Source: Anaerovoracaceae bacterium (GTDB lineage Bacteria > Bacillota > Clostridia > Peptostreptococcales > Anaerovoracaceae). From it: 64,000 bases of DNA. Below are positions 41,515 through 50,240 of this stretch, piece by piece (the stretch's first letter is position 1; every line of letters starts with the position of its first letter). The notes beneath the pieces are model-generated. The model was not told where the DNA came from and did not search any database. It saw only the letters and a list, made by a program, of their open reading frames with translations. The position numbers were made by a program, and so were the translations under genes. The stretch spans positions 919,434 to 983,433 of the forward strand of contig JBMNMU010000001.1 of NCBI GenBank assembly GCA_050953505.1, read 5' to 3'.

Positions 41515-41946
41515 ATGAAACCTTCATTTGAAGATATAAAGAAGGAATTAAAGATGAAAAATATCAATCTATCACATCAAAGGCTGAAGGTTTTAGAATA
41601 TCTTACCCAAAATCATTGTCATCCAACTGTAGAGAATATATATACCGGCCTTCAAAAGGATATACCTACGCTATCAAAAACAACTGTATATAACACTTTG
41701 CGAATTTTGGTAGAATCAGGTTTGGTAAGGGTAATTACAATTGAAGATAATGAAACCAGATACGATATTGTTACTGAAAATCATGGACATTTTAAATGTG
41801 AATCATGTGGGACTATATTTGATTTTTCCATTGATATAGATTCTTTGTTCCCCGGAGATTTGAGCAAATTTAAGATCAATGATAAAAATGTATATTTTAA
41901 AGGGCTCTGTCCAAGATGCCTTTCTAATATAAATGAAATTAAGTGA
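41515..41946 (+). CDS. perR: Fur-family transcriptional regulator (PerR-like)
   Basis: LSHQRLKVLEYLTQNHCHPTVENIY winged-helix region, HGHFKCESCG and CPRC zinc motifs. The ATG at 41515 follows GGTGGTGAG. The track start at 41443 would read through the promoter and operator. Confidence 0.8.
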   Translation: MKPSFEDIKKELKMKNINLSHQRLKVLEYLTQNHCHPTVENIYTGLQKDIPTLSKTTVYNTLRILVESGLVRVITIEDNETRYDIVTENHGHFKCESCGTIFDFSIDIDSLFPGDLSKFKINDKNVYFKGLCPRCLSNINEIK

Positions 41947-41959
41947 GAGGAGCTTAACA

Positions 41960-44533
41960 ATGAAAAAATGGAAATGCATGGTGTGTGGGTATATGCATGC
42001 GGGAGAAGAACCACCGGGATCTTGTCCGGTTTGCGGTGCGTCAGCTGATAAATTTGAATTAATTGCTGAAGACAAAACTGCTGAGAGCGAAAACAAAACA
42101 TCAAAAAGGTGGCGTTGTTTAGTATGCGGATACATTCACGAGGGCCCTGAGGCTCCCGATGTATGCCCCGTCTGCGGTGCTCCTTCAGAAAAGTTTGAAG
42201 TGGTAGAGCCCGAAACCAAAGAGGAATACCGCAAGCTCGATGCTTACGGCCCGAACGGAAAGAATCTCTGGCAGTGTACGGTCTGTCTCTACATTTATGA
42301 AGGTGATGAGCCGCCATTTCTTTGCCCACGCTGCTGGGCACCGCAGGACAAATTCATAGATATGTCAGATCCCGCTCCTATGCCCGATCCCAATAAACCT
42401 GATACTACAAATGCCACAGAAGCAGATATCCTTATTGTCGGTTCCGGTGCTGCTGCATTCAGCTCTGCAATCACAGCTGCAAACAACGGAAACTCTGTCA
42501 TTATGCTCGAAAAGAGCGGACTTATCGGAGGAACAACAAGGCGCTCCGGAGGCGGTTTCTGGACACCAATGAATCGCCATCAAAAAGCTAAGGGAATTAA
42601 AGATAATAAAGAAGATGCAATCAGATATATGTGTCGCCAATCTTATCCTGAGCTATATAATGCCGATGCCGAGCGCCATGGACTGCCTGATCACGAATAC
42701 AGCCTTATTGAAGCTTTTTGTGAAAATGCTCATGTCGCTGTTGAATTCTTAGAAGGAAAAGGTGTTTTTGAATCTACAGAAGAAATAAACTGGTTGGGTA
42801 AAAATCCGGTAGACTATCAAAGCAACCTTCCGGAAAACAAAGGAATTCGCGGCAGAATTCTATATCCTAAAAACGACCAGGGTGGAATGGGCTTTGGCGT
42901 CGTGCTTTTGGAGAGATTTAAAAAATATGCTAAAGAACATGGGATTTCGCTTAATACAAACCATGAAGTGACGAAAATACTCAGAAATGCCGACGGCGTT
43001 GTTTACGGTCTTGAAGTGAAGGCAGGAAAAGAAACAAAAACATTCCGCGCTGCAAAAGCTGTTATCTTCGGTAGCGGTGGCTATACCCATAACGAGGATA
43101 TGATGCGCAATTTCCAGCGGGGTCCAATTTACGGTGGATGTGCCGCACCGGAATGTACAGGCGATTTTGTTCGCATGGCTTCTGAAGTAGGTGCTAAAAT
43201 CGGTAATATGCAGAACGCATTCCGCGCTCAGTGCCTCTTGGAAAACAAGCTGGACAACCCCTATGCAGCCAATAACTGTTTCTTCATCGCAGGCGACAGT
43301 GTTTTTATAGTGAACAAATACGGCAAGCGCGTTGTAAATGAAAAGCGAAACTATAACGACCGCGGAGTGGCACATTTCACCTGGGATCAGAATAAAGCCG
43401 AATGGTCCAATCAGCTTCTCTTCCTCGTTGCTGACCAAAGAACTGTGGAGCTTTGGGAGGGCTTCCCGCCCTATACAACTTCGGGAATTGACTTAAAGTA
43501 TCTTTTAAAGGCAGATACTTTAGACGAACTGGCAGAGAAGATTAAAGAGCGCGTAGAAAACCTCGCCCCACATATCGGAAGCTTCAGGCTCGATGAAAGC
43601 TTTGCTGAAGGGTTGAAGCAAACATTTGAGCGCTTTAACGAATTTGCAAGAACGGGCAAGGACCTTGATTTCCACCGGGGAGATTTCGAATATGACCGTG
43701 AATGGGGGTCTATCAAGCCTACAAAACCTGGCATAAATTGGCCGGAAGATATGAACAAAAACTATACCATGTATCCCCTATCCGAAAAAGGACCTTATTT
43801 TGCCTCAATTTTGGGCTCAAGCACACTTGATACTTGCGGAGGACCCGTTGTAAATGAAAACGGCCAGGTGCTTGATTGGAATAACACTCCGATTCAAGGG
43901 CTCTACGGTGCAGGCAACTGTATCGCAGCTCCAAGTGCAAGCGCTTACTGGGGCGGCGGCGGAACTATCGGCCCGGCTATGACATACGGTTATCTATCGG
44001 CTAATCATGCTTCAGGAAAAACAAATAATACGGAGGTAGTAAGAGTGAGTAAGACACAGGAAAACTTAATGGCTGCGTTTACGGGAGAAGCCGAAGCAAA
44101 CAGAAAATATACAGCCTATGCAAAGAAAGCTGAAAAAGACGGAAATCTCAATGCAGCGAAATTGTTTAGAGCTGCAGCTGACGCCGAAACCATTCACGCA
44201 CTAAAGCATTTTGAAGTGGCCGGAAAAATTGGTTCAACGGCAGATAACTTGAAGGACGGGGTTAAAGGAGAAACTTACGAATATAAAGAAATGTATCCTG
44301 ATTTTGTAAAAGAAGCTGAGGCGGAAGGAAACAAAGCCGCTCTTATTTCCTTCAATTTTGCTATGAAAGCGGAAGAGGTTCATGCCGGGCTTTATAAGGA
44401 AGCATTAGAGAATCTTGACCAGACGGAAGAAGTTTTCTACTATCTCTGCCCGATCTGCGGAAATATCGAGAAATTGCAGCCTGAAAAATGCAGTATTTGT
44501 GGCGTTCCAGGGGATAAATTTATTAAGTATTAA
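41960..44533 (+). CDS. Fusion protein: three tandem rubredoxin-like Cys4 modules, an FAD-dependent oxidoreductase (FAD_binding_2/fumarate reductase-KstD-like) and a C-terminal rubrerythrin
   Basis: WKCMVCGY..CPVCG, WRCLVCGY..CPVCG and WQCTVCLY..CPRCW. Dinucleotide fold ILIVGSGAAAFSSAITAA...EKSGLIGGTT. Rubrerythrin four-helix motifs (ENLMAAFTGEAEANRKY, ETIHA, EEVHAGLY) and a terminal CPICG..CSICG. RBS GAGAGGAG precedes the ATG at 41960. Confidence 0.8.
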   Translation: MKKWKCMVCGYMHAGEEPPGSCPVCGASADKFELIAEDKTAESENKTSKRWRCLVCGYIHEGPEAPDVCPVCGAPSEKFEVVEPETKEEYRKLDAYGPNGKNLWQCTVCLYIYEGDEPPFLCPRCWAPQDKFIDMSDPAPMPDPNKPDTTNATEADILIVGSGAAAFSSAITAANNGNSVIMLEKSGLIGGTTRRSGGGFWTPMNRHQKAKGIKDNKEDAIRYMCRQSYPELYNADAERHGLPDHEYSLIEAFCENAHVAVEFLEGKGVFESTEEINWLGKNPVDYQSNLPENKGIRGRILYPKNDQGGMGFGVVLLERFKKYAKEHGISLNTNHEVTKILRNADGVVYGLEVKAGKETKTFRAAKAVIFGSGGYTHNEDMMRNFQRGPIYGGCAAPECTGDFVRMASEVGAKIGNMQNAFRAQCLLENKLDNPYAANNCFFIAGDSVFIVNKYGKRVVNEKRNYNDRGVAHFTWDQNKAEWSNQLLFLVADQRTVELWEGFPPYTTSGIDLKYLLKADTLDELAEKIKERVENLAPHIGSFRLDESFAEGLKQTFERFNEFARTGKDLDFHRGDFEYDREWGSIKPTKPGINWPEDMNKNYTMYPLSEKGPYFASILGSSTLDTCGGPVVNENGQVLDWNNTPIQGLYGAGNCIAAPSASAYWGGGGTIGPAMTYGYLSANHASGKTNNTEVVRVSKTQENLMAAFTGEAEANRKYTAYAKKAEKDGNLNAAKLFRAAADAETIHALKHFEVAGKIGSTADNLKDGVKGETYEYKEMYPDFVKEAEAEGNKAALISFNFAMKAEEVHAGLYKEALENLDQTEEVFYYLCPICGNIEKLQPEKCSICGVPGDKFIKY

Positions 44534-44580
44534 ATCTGAGTTAAAGAATAAATAACTTATTGATATCCAATGTTAATAAG

Positions 44581-44622
44581 AGCAAGACACTCTATGTTTC
44601 GTAGAGTGCCTTGCTCGTTTTT
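44581..44622. terminator. Terminator between the convergent fusion gene and recombinase gene
   Basis: AGCAAGACACTCTA-TGTTTCG-TAGAGTGCCTTGCT followed by CGTTTTT. Confidence 0.8.
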
Positions 44623-44625
44623 ACT

Positions 44626-46248
44626 CTATTCATTCACATCCACCGTTAAGCCGGACTTAAATTCCACGGTGAATTTATACTCATAGATTCTGATCTTCTC
44701 AATCAGACGCCGGACAAGCTGCTCGTCGTATTCGGTGAGGGCGGTGGATTGCTTCTTTAGGAATGTGCTCATATCAGCCATGCGCTTTTTGAGTTCATCA
44801 CGGTTAGCACTTTCAAGCTGCATCTTTTGTTTCTGGTCACGCAGTCGGTGTATCTCATCACCGACTTTATCATATTCGGCATTGGAGGTGGCAAGCTTCA
44901 GTAGTTCCATTTGCAGTTCCTCAAGCCGCTTATCGATATCCGCTAAGGCCTTGTCGCTTTCACGATTTATGACGGTGGAGATGTTGTCTCGTAGAGTAGT
45001 GAGGAAAGAGTCTTTGTCACAAAGTGTTTGGTTGATAGCGGTGACCAGCACTTGCTCGATGGTGCTTTCAAGCACTGTGCGGGCATCGCAGAACAAGCCT
45101 GTATTTTCTAATCGACTGACACAGCGCCAGACGATGGATTTCTTGCCACGGTTGTTCCAATGAACCCTGCGGAACACTTCACTGCAGTTGCCGCAGATGA
45201 CTATCTGTGCAAAACAGTGGTTGCTGCTGAAGGTTCTGGTTTTTCCGTTCGGGCTGGTATGGACAATGCGGCGTCGGACAAGTTCCTCCTGCACCTGCAT
45301 GAATACTTCATGCGGAATAATAGCTTCGTGGCTGTTTTCTACATAATATTGTGGAACGATACCGTTGTTCTTAACCCGCTTTTTTGTGAGAAAGTCTACG
45401 GTATATGTTTTCTGTAAAAGGGCGTCGCCGATGTACTTCTCATTTCGCAGGATCTGATTTATATTGCTGGTATGCCAACGTTCCCTGCCCGCACCGTTAA
45501 GGATACCGTCTGCTTCCAAACCGCGAGCGATTTTCAGCATACTGGCACCCTCAAGGTATTCTCGGTAAATGCGCTTGATGATTTCAGCTTCCTCGGGTAC
45601 AACCACCAGGCGCTTGTCTTCATCCTTTGTATAACCGAGAAACCGAGCACAGTTGACTTGGATTTCACCTTGCTGATAACGATACTGCAGACCCAGCTTT
45701 ACGTTTTGGCTCAATGACTGGCTTTCCTGCTGGGCGAGGGATGCCATAATTGTGAGCAGGACTTCGCCCTTGGAATCCATGGTGTTTATATTTTCCTTCT
45801 CGAAATAAACGGGAATGTTTTTCTCCTTGAGCTGACGGATATATTTCAAACAGTCCAGTGTATTTCGGGCAAAACGGCTGATGGATTTTGTAATGATCAT
45901 GTCGATATTACCGGCCATACACTCGTCAATCATGCGGTTGAATTCTTCGCGTTTCTTAGTATTGGTACCGGAAATGCCGTCGTCCGCAAAAATCCCCGCC
46001 AGTACCCAGTCGGGATGACCTTGTATGTAGGTGGTATAATGTTCAATCTGCGTGTCATAACTGGTAGCCTGCTCATCGCTGTCTGTGGAAACACGGCAGT
46101 ATGCCGCAACCCGGAGTTTGGGCTTTTCTTCGTCTGCACCTTTTCGTGCATGCTTCCTTGCAGGAATCACGGTAACGCTTTTACTTACAATCCGCGGTAT
46201 GGTGAAGAAGGTGCAATTATAAATAGCTGTCTTAATAAGTTTCCTCAA
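44626..46248 (-). CDS. Large serine recombinase (about 540 aa; start codon uncertain)
   Basis: [38 protein letters not shown], recombinase domain, Cys cluster (CGNCSEVF...[14 protein letters not shown]), C-terminal coiled coil. The ORF begins with a TTG that has no visible RBS, and there is no ATG before the catalytic domain. Confidence 0.88.
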   Translation of the reverse strand: MRKLIKTAIYNCTFFTIPRIVSKSVTVIPARKHARKGADEEKPKLRVAAYCRVSTDSDEQATSYDTQIEHYTTYIQGHPDWVLAGIFADDGISGTNTKKREEFNRMIDECMAGNIDMIITKSISRFARNTLDCLKYIRQLKEKNIPVYFEKENINTMDSKGEVLLTIMASLAQQESQSLSQNVKLGLQYRYQQGEIQVNCARFLGYTKDEDKRLVVVPEEAEIIKRIYREYLEGASMLKIARGLEADGILNGAGRERWHTSNINQILRNEKYIGDALLQKTYTVDFLTKKRVKNNGIVPQYYVENSHEAIIPHEVFMQVQEELVRRRIVHTSPNGKTRTFSSNHCFAQIVICGNCSEVFRRVHWNNRGKKSIVWRCVSRLENTGLFCDARTVLESTIEQVLVTAINQTLCDKDSFLTTLRDNISTVINRESDKALADIDKRLEELQMELLKLATSNAEYDKVGDEIHRLRDQKQKMQLESANRDELKKRMADMSTFLKKQSTALTEYDEQLVRRLIEKIRIYEYKFTVEFKSGLTVDVNE

Positions 46249-46646
46249 AATGTGGACAGTGACATTATTGCAATGAAAATTGCCTTGATTGATATGACGA
46301 ACTCCACTAACCTAAATAAACACTTGAGCAAGATTTATTTGACAAGATTGATTGAAAAATAAAAAGCTGCAATTTTGACGAACGGGTGGCTAAGGGCGAT
46401 ATTTCTTTAGTTGGCGAATTGGCGAAGAATGAAATTAACCTTTTTTCATTCTTCAGCAAGTATTGCCTGTACCATAATTATTATGTTTACCAAAATGACG
46501 ACTATGTAATATTCGATGGTGTCATGCAAAACAATGTAGGTCAGTTTCTTTCTCATTACGAGTATAAAGGCAAAATATACAAAGCATCACAAATCAAAAA
46601 CTGTATTGAAAAATGCGCCAAACTTATGACTATGAGGGATATTTAG
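46249..46646 (+). pseudogene. Fragments of a disrupted plus-strand gene next to the recombinase element (function unknown)
   Basis: Frame segments ..[37 protein letters not shown] and (V)AKGDISLVGELAKNEINLFSFFSKYCLYHNYYVYQNDDYVIFDGV... look like one coding sequence broken by a stop or frameshift. Confidence 0.3.
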
Positions 46647-46863
46647 CGCTGATAGATTCAATCCTTGAGCGAAACAATATACACAACAAAGGTCGCCACA
46701 GAAAATTTGACTGGTTTGTGTGGTATAACAACCGATAGTCCAATGGGGCAACTATTAGGGGTGTGCAAAAGCGGTGCAAATTTTAACGATTTGATTTGAG
46801 CGGTGCATTTTATCAATAGTTAGTGCCTTTGCCACCGGAGATGACAGGAATTAAACCCCATGT

Positions 46864-46959
46864 ATCGACTTGTTCCCCCGAACGGATAAAAACCATTGAC
46901 CTGTTCCCTCGAACAGAACACCCCCATAAAAACCACTATTGACCTGTTCCCGAGAACGG
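46864..46959. repeat. Three spaced copies of a ~22-bp unit, each containing a GTTC-N4-GAAC palindrome
   Basis: ATCGACTTGTTCCCCCGAACGG (46864-46885), ATTGACCTGTTCCCTCGAACAG (46895-46916), ATTGACCTGTTCCCGAGAACGG (46938-46959). Each is followed by an A-rich tail (..AAAAC..). Confidence 0.85.
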
Positions 46960-47252
46960 ACAAAACGAAAAATACATACCAGACATCAACCTGATGCTCT
47001 CGTTCCATATTGAGTGTGTTTGCTTGATCGAGGCATTAAATGCTTAGCGGAGAAGAGCTTAAAGTTTAAGCCTTCATACATGAACAAAGAGAATGTATAT
47101 ATTCCTTTATACTCTTATAGGGCTCCGAGATTTCGGGGCTCTTTTTTTGTGTTTTCTTTGTTAAATTACAATTCGCAGCTATTTTTTCTCCCTCTTATTT
47201 AGCAGCATTTAGTCAGTATATAAAATTTCGTGTCCTTGCTTATATACTAGTA

Positions 47253-48860
47253 TCAAACCACAATGTGAAAAATAAACAAGAGCAATCCAAATAAAGCTGC
47301 AATTGATAATGCAAAAGGAATAATTCTTCTTAAAACTTTTCCTTCAGAGCCTAAAATTCCTGCTGTAGTTGTTCCTAGAACAATATTTCCTGGCGCAACG
47401 GCTGTTCCTATCCCACCACCAGCAGTTTGAGCCCCTAAGATTGCTGATGAATTTAATCCTATTATATCGGCTGTTTTCATCTGAAAGCTTCCAAATAAAA
47501 TATTTGATGACATATTACTTCCAGTCATAAATGATCCTAAGAGGCCGATAAATGGAGAAATTACTACGTAATAGCGACCTAATACACTTGCCACCCCTTG
47601 AGCTAAAACCTCTGTTTGTCCTGTGCCTGACATAATTCTAGACATACATATTAATGAAACAACAGCAAAGCTTGATGGAAGGGCTTTTTTTATTGTTCTT
47701 ATTAATACATTTTGTAATGATCCTTTTTTGATAAAATTTTTATTTATATAGTAGAAATATCCTAACATAGCTGAAGCAAAGAGAAACATACTAGCATGAG
47801 TAAATGGTTTAATAGGTGCAAATTGAGTAGTCATTGGATTTATAATACCAAAGCCTGTTTTAGTTTCTATAAAGCTTGGACCATAGCTCAATTTGCTAAA
47901 TAGTTCATTAATTGGGGGAATAAGAAGTACAATTAGGGTAATAAAAGTCATTAAATAGTAAGGCATAAATGCATCATGTATAGTCATAGAATCATTGGCA
48001 TCTGTTTCACTTGCTTTTTCTTTTCTTACCATTATTTTACTTTCATTAATTTGCCAATTTTCTCTATAAAGTGGACTTTTAGATAATAATATTAAAACAA
48101 ATAAAGAAAGAGAGCTAGGTAAAAAAACCGCAAGGTCGGCATTGATTTGTGAAAAAATAATCTGGCCAGCACCTTGAGTAATAGATATAAAAATAATTGC
48201 AATTAAACCTTTTTTTAATCCCTTAGCTTTACCATAAAAAAAAGCAATAGCTCCACTAGAAATAATGTTTAAAATAAATAATAATACACTGGCATAGATT
48301 GCGATAGAATTAATAGTTCCCACATCTGTAATGCCTGTTTGCATAATCATAGAGTGCCAGGCTATAGCTAAAGTTCCAAAGGTCCCTGCCCAACTATGCC
48401 CAATTAGCGGTATTATTACAGCCCATATAGGAGAGACACCTATTCCTATAAGGAGGGGGGCAGTTACTAAAACAGGCACTCCAAATCCAGTTACACCCTG
48501 CAAAAAACTAGCGAATACGATGCCTATTCCCATAATTCTTAATAATTCATTAGGAGCAAGCTTCTCAAAGGTTTTATTTAACACATTAAAAGATTTTGAT
48601 TCATTGCTAACCTCGTATAATAGGATAGCTGTTAAAATTATAAGTATAATGCTGAGAGAGCTCCACAAGGCTTTTAAGATTTCAATTATGATAACTGTAA
48701 AATTTGCTTTGAAAAATATGAAGCTGATAAGAGTTGTTACACCTAAAGTCAAAGGTGCTGCCTTTGAAGCCCCCCATTGAAGCTTAACCATTAGTACAAG
48801 TAGAAGTAAAATAGGAAAAATGGCTAATAGCCAATATAAAAAATTTATAGGTAAATTCAT
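47253..48860 (-). CDS. lctP: L-lactate permease (LctP family)
   Basis: 535-aa polytopic membrane protein. The N-terminus and overall pattern match the LctP/GlcA family as I recall it. Confidence 0.8.
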   Translation of the reverse strand: MNLPINFLYWLLAIFPILLLLVLMVKLQWGASKAAPLTLGVTTLISFIFFKANFTVIIIEILKALWSSLSIILIILTAILLYEVSNESKSFNVLNKTFEKLAPNELLRIMGIGIVFASFLQGVTGFGVPVLVTAPLLIGIGVSPIWAVIIPLIGHSWAGTFGTLAIAWHSMIMQTGITDVGTINSIAIYASVLLFILNIISSGAIAFFYGKAKGLKKGLIAIIFISITQGAGQIIFSQINADLAVFLPSSLSLFVLILLSKSPLYRENWQINESKIMVRKEKASETDANDSMTIHDAFMPYYLMTFITLIVLLIPPINELFSKLSYGPSFIETKTGFGIINPMTTQFAPIKPFTHASMFLFASAMLGYFYYINKNFIKKGSLQNVLIRTIKKALPSSFAVVSLICMSRIMSGTGQTEVLAQGVASVLGRYYVVISPFIGLLGSFMTGSNMSSNILFGSFQMKTADIIGLNSSAILGAQTAGGGIGTAVAPGNIVLGTTTAGILGSEGKVLRRIIPFALSIAALFGLLLFIFHIVV

Positions 48861-49164
48861 TTAATGCCGCCTTTCATAAAAACCCATATTAAAAAAACAA
48901 AATAAAAATATTACTCATGCTTCTATTATTCTAAAATTTGAATTAATTTATAACAAATTATATGTGGATAAATTAAACACAAATTCCATATCTATTGTAA
49001 ATAATCATAGTGAATCAGAGAAATCACAGGAAATGCATGGAAATTCACCATAATAATTAAGCAGAGTGTTAGAAAAACACTCGTATATTTTAATTACTAA
49101 AAGTAGATAATAACTTAAATAAAGATACAATTTGAAAAATATTTAATTATGGGAGAATCAAAAC

Positions 49165-50214
49165 ATGGAAAACAAAAAAAGCCAAAGTAAATTTAAAGCA
49201 TTCCTTGATAAAAAGAATATCGAAATAAGTTTTCAAAGGTATTTAATAGATGCACTGTCTTATATGGCTCTGGGATTATTTGCTACTCTTATCACAGGTG
49301 TCATCTTTGAGACTGTTGGTGGGAGATTAAATATTCCATATTTGGTAGACGTGCTTGCTCCTAGTGCGAAAGGTGTTGCGGGTCCAGGTATAGCAGTTGC
49401 CGTGGCTTTAGGATTGAAATCTCCACCACTTGTTTTATTTGCTTCTGTTATAAACGGAGTTATTGGATATGAACTGGGTGGACCTGTAGGTGCTTTTCTA
49501 GCAGCAGTAGTAGGTGCTGAATTTGGTAAATTAGTTTCGAAGGAAACACCAATTGATATTGTTGTAACTCCTGCTGTAACGGCTATTTTTGGATCTGTAG
49601 TAGGATATTTAGTAGGTCCAGGGATAAATCAATTTATGATTGCTTTAGGTCAAGTTATTAATAGTGCTACTGAGCTACAACCAATACCAATGGGGATTGT
49701 AGTAGCTGCTATTATGGGCATTACCTTAACGCTGCCTATTAGTAGTACAGCCATTGCTATAATGATAGCTATTGCTGGGCCTGCTTCAGGAGCTGCCGTT
49801 GTAGGGGGATGTGCTCATACTGTAGGGTTTGGTATACAAAGCTTAAGAGAAAATGGCTGGGGAGGATTTGTGACACAAGCATTAGGCTCTCCTATGATCC
49901 AAATAGGAAACATAGTAAAGAAACCTATATTAATGCTACCACCAACAATTACTGCTATGATTCTAGGGCCTCTTGTAACTACAGTCTTTAGAATGGAAAG
50001 TATATCGGCGGCGGCTGGTACTGGTACATCGGGACTTGTTGCTCCATTAGGGGCATTGGCAGCTATGTCAGAGGCTGGATATCCTTCAGGAGAAATTTGG
50101 ATAAAAATTATTATATTTTGCTTCATAGCTCCAGCAATATTAACTTGGATTATTTCTGAAATATTTAGAAAGCTCGGTTGGATTAAGCTTGGAGACCTTA
50201 AATTGGATCTTTAA
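49165..50214 (+). CDS. PTS EIIC-like / PfoR-family membrane protein
   Basis: 349-aa Gly/Ala-rich polytopic protein. The family assignment is from memory of COG3641-type proteins next to fdrA clusters. Confidence 0.5.
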   Translation: MENKKSQSKFKAFLDKKNIEISFQRYLIDALSYMALGLFATLITGVIFETVGGRLNIPYLVDVLAPSAKGVAGPGIAVAVALGLKSPPLVLFASVINGVIGYELGGPVGAFLAAVVGAEFGKLVSKETPIDIVVTPAVTAIFGSVVGYLVGPGINQFMIALGQVINSATELQPIPMGIVVAAIMGITLTLPISSTAIAIMIAIAGPASGAAVVGGCAHTVGFGIQSLRENGWGGFVTQALGSPMIQIGNIVKKPILMLPPTITAMILGPLVTTVFRMESISAAAGTGTSGLVAPLGALAAMSEAGYPSGEIWIKIIIFCFIAPAILTWIISEIFRKLGWIKLGDLKLDL

Positions 50215-50240
50215 ACAATTAATTTTAGGAGAGTGATCGT

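Larger units (their letters stand above)
41950..46260. mobile_element. Visibly GC-richer module: multidomain redox fusion gene plus a large serine recombinase (putative integrative element; the left boundary is uncertain and could be as far left as about 41.15 kb)
   Basis: There is an abrupt rise in G+C, visible by eye, between the AT-rich perR and the fusion gene. The serine recombinase sits at the right edge. Gene fragments lie immediately to the right of 46249. Confidence 0.4.

Noticed and set aside
42295-43940. Minus-strand ORFs antisense to the rubredoxin-flavoprotein-rubrerythrin fusion gene (up to 192 aa)
   Set aside because: Same GC-driven artefact. There are no RBSs or recognisable motifs.
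46830-46875. tRNA-like 3' fragment on the minus strand (plus strand reads CCACCGGAGATGACAGGAATTAAACCCC)
   Set aside because: It superficially resembles the reverse complement of an acceptor/T-arm (TGG-CGGAG...GGAATT.AACC). The T-stem cannot pair (ACAGG versus CCCCA) and no full cloverleaf can be drawn. At most it is a decayed att-site remnant.
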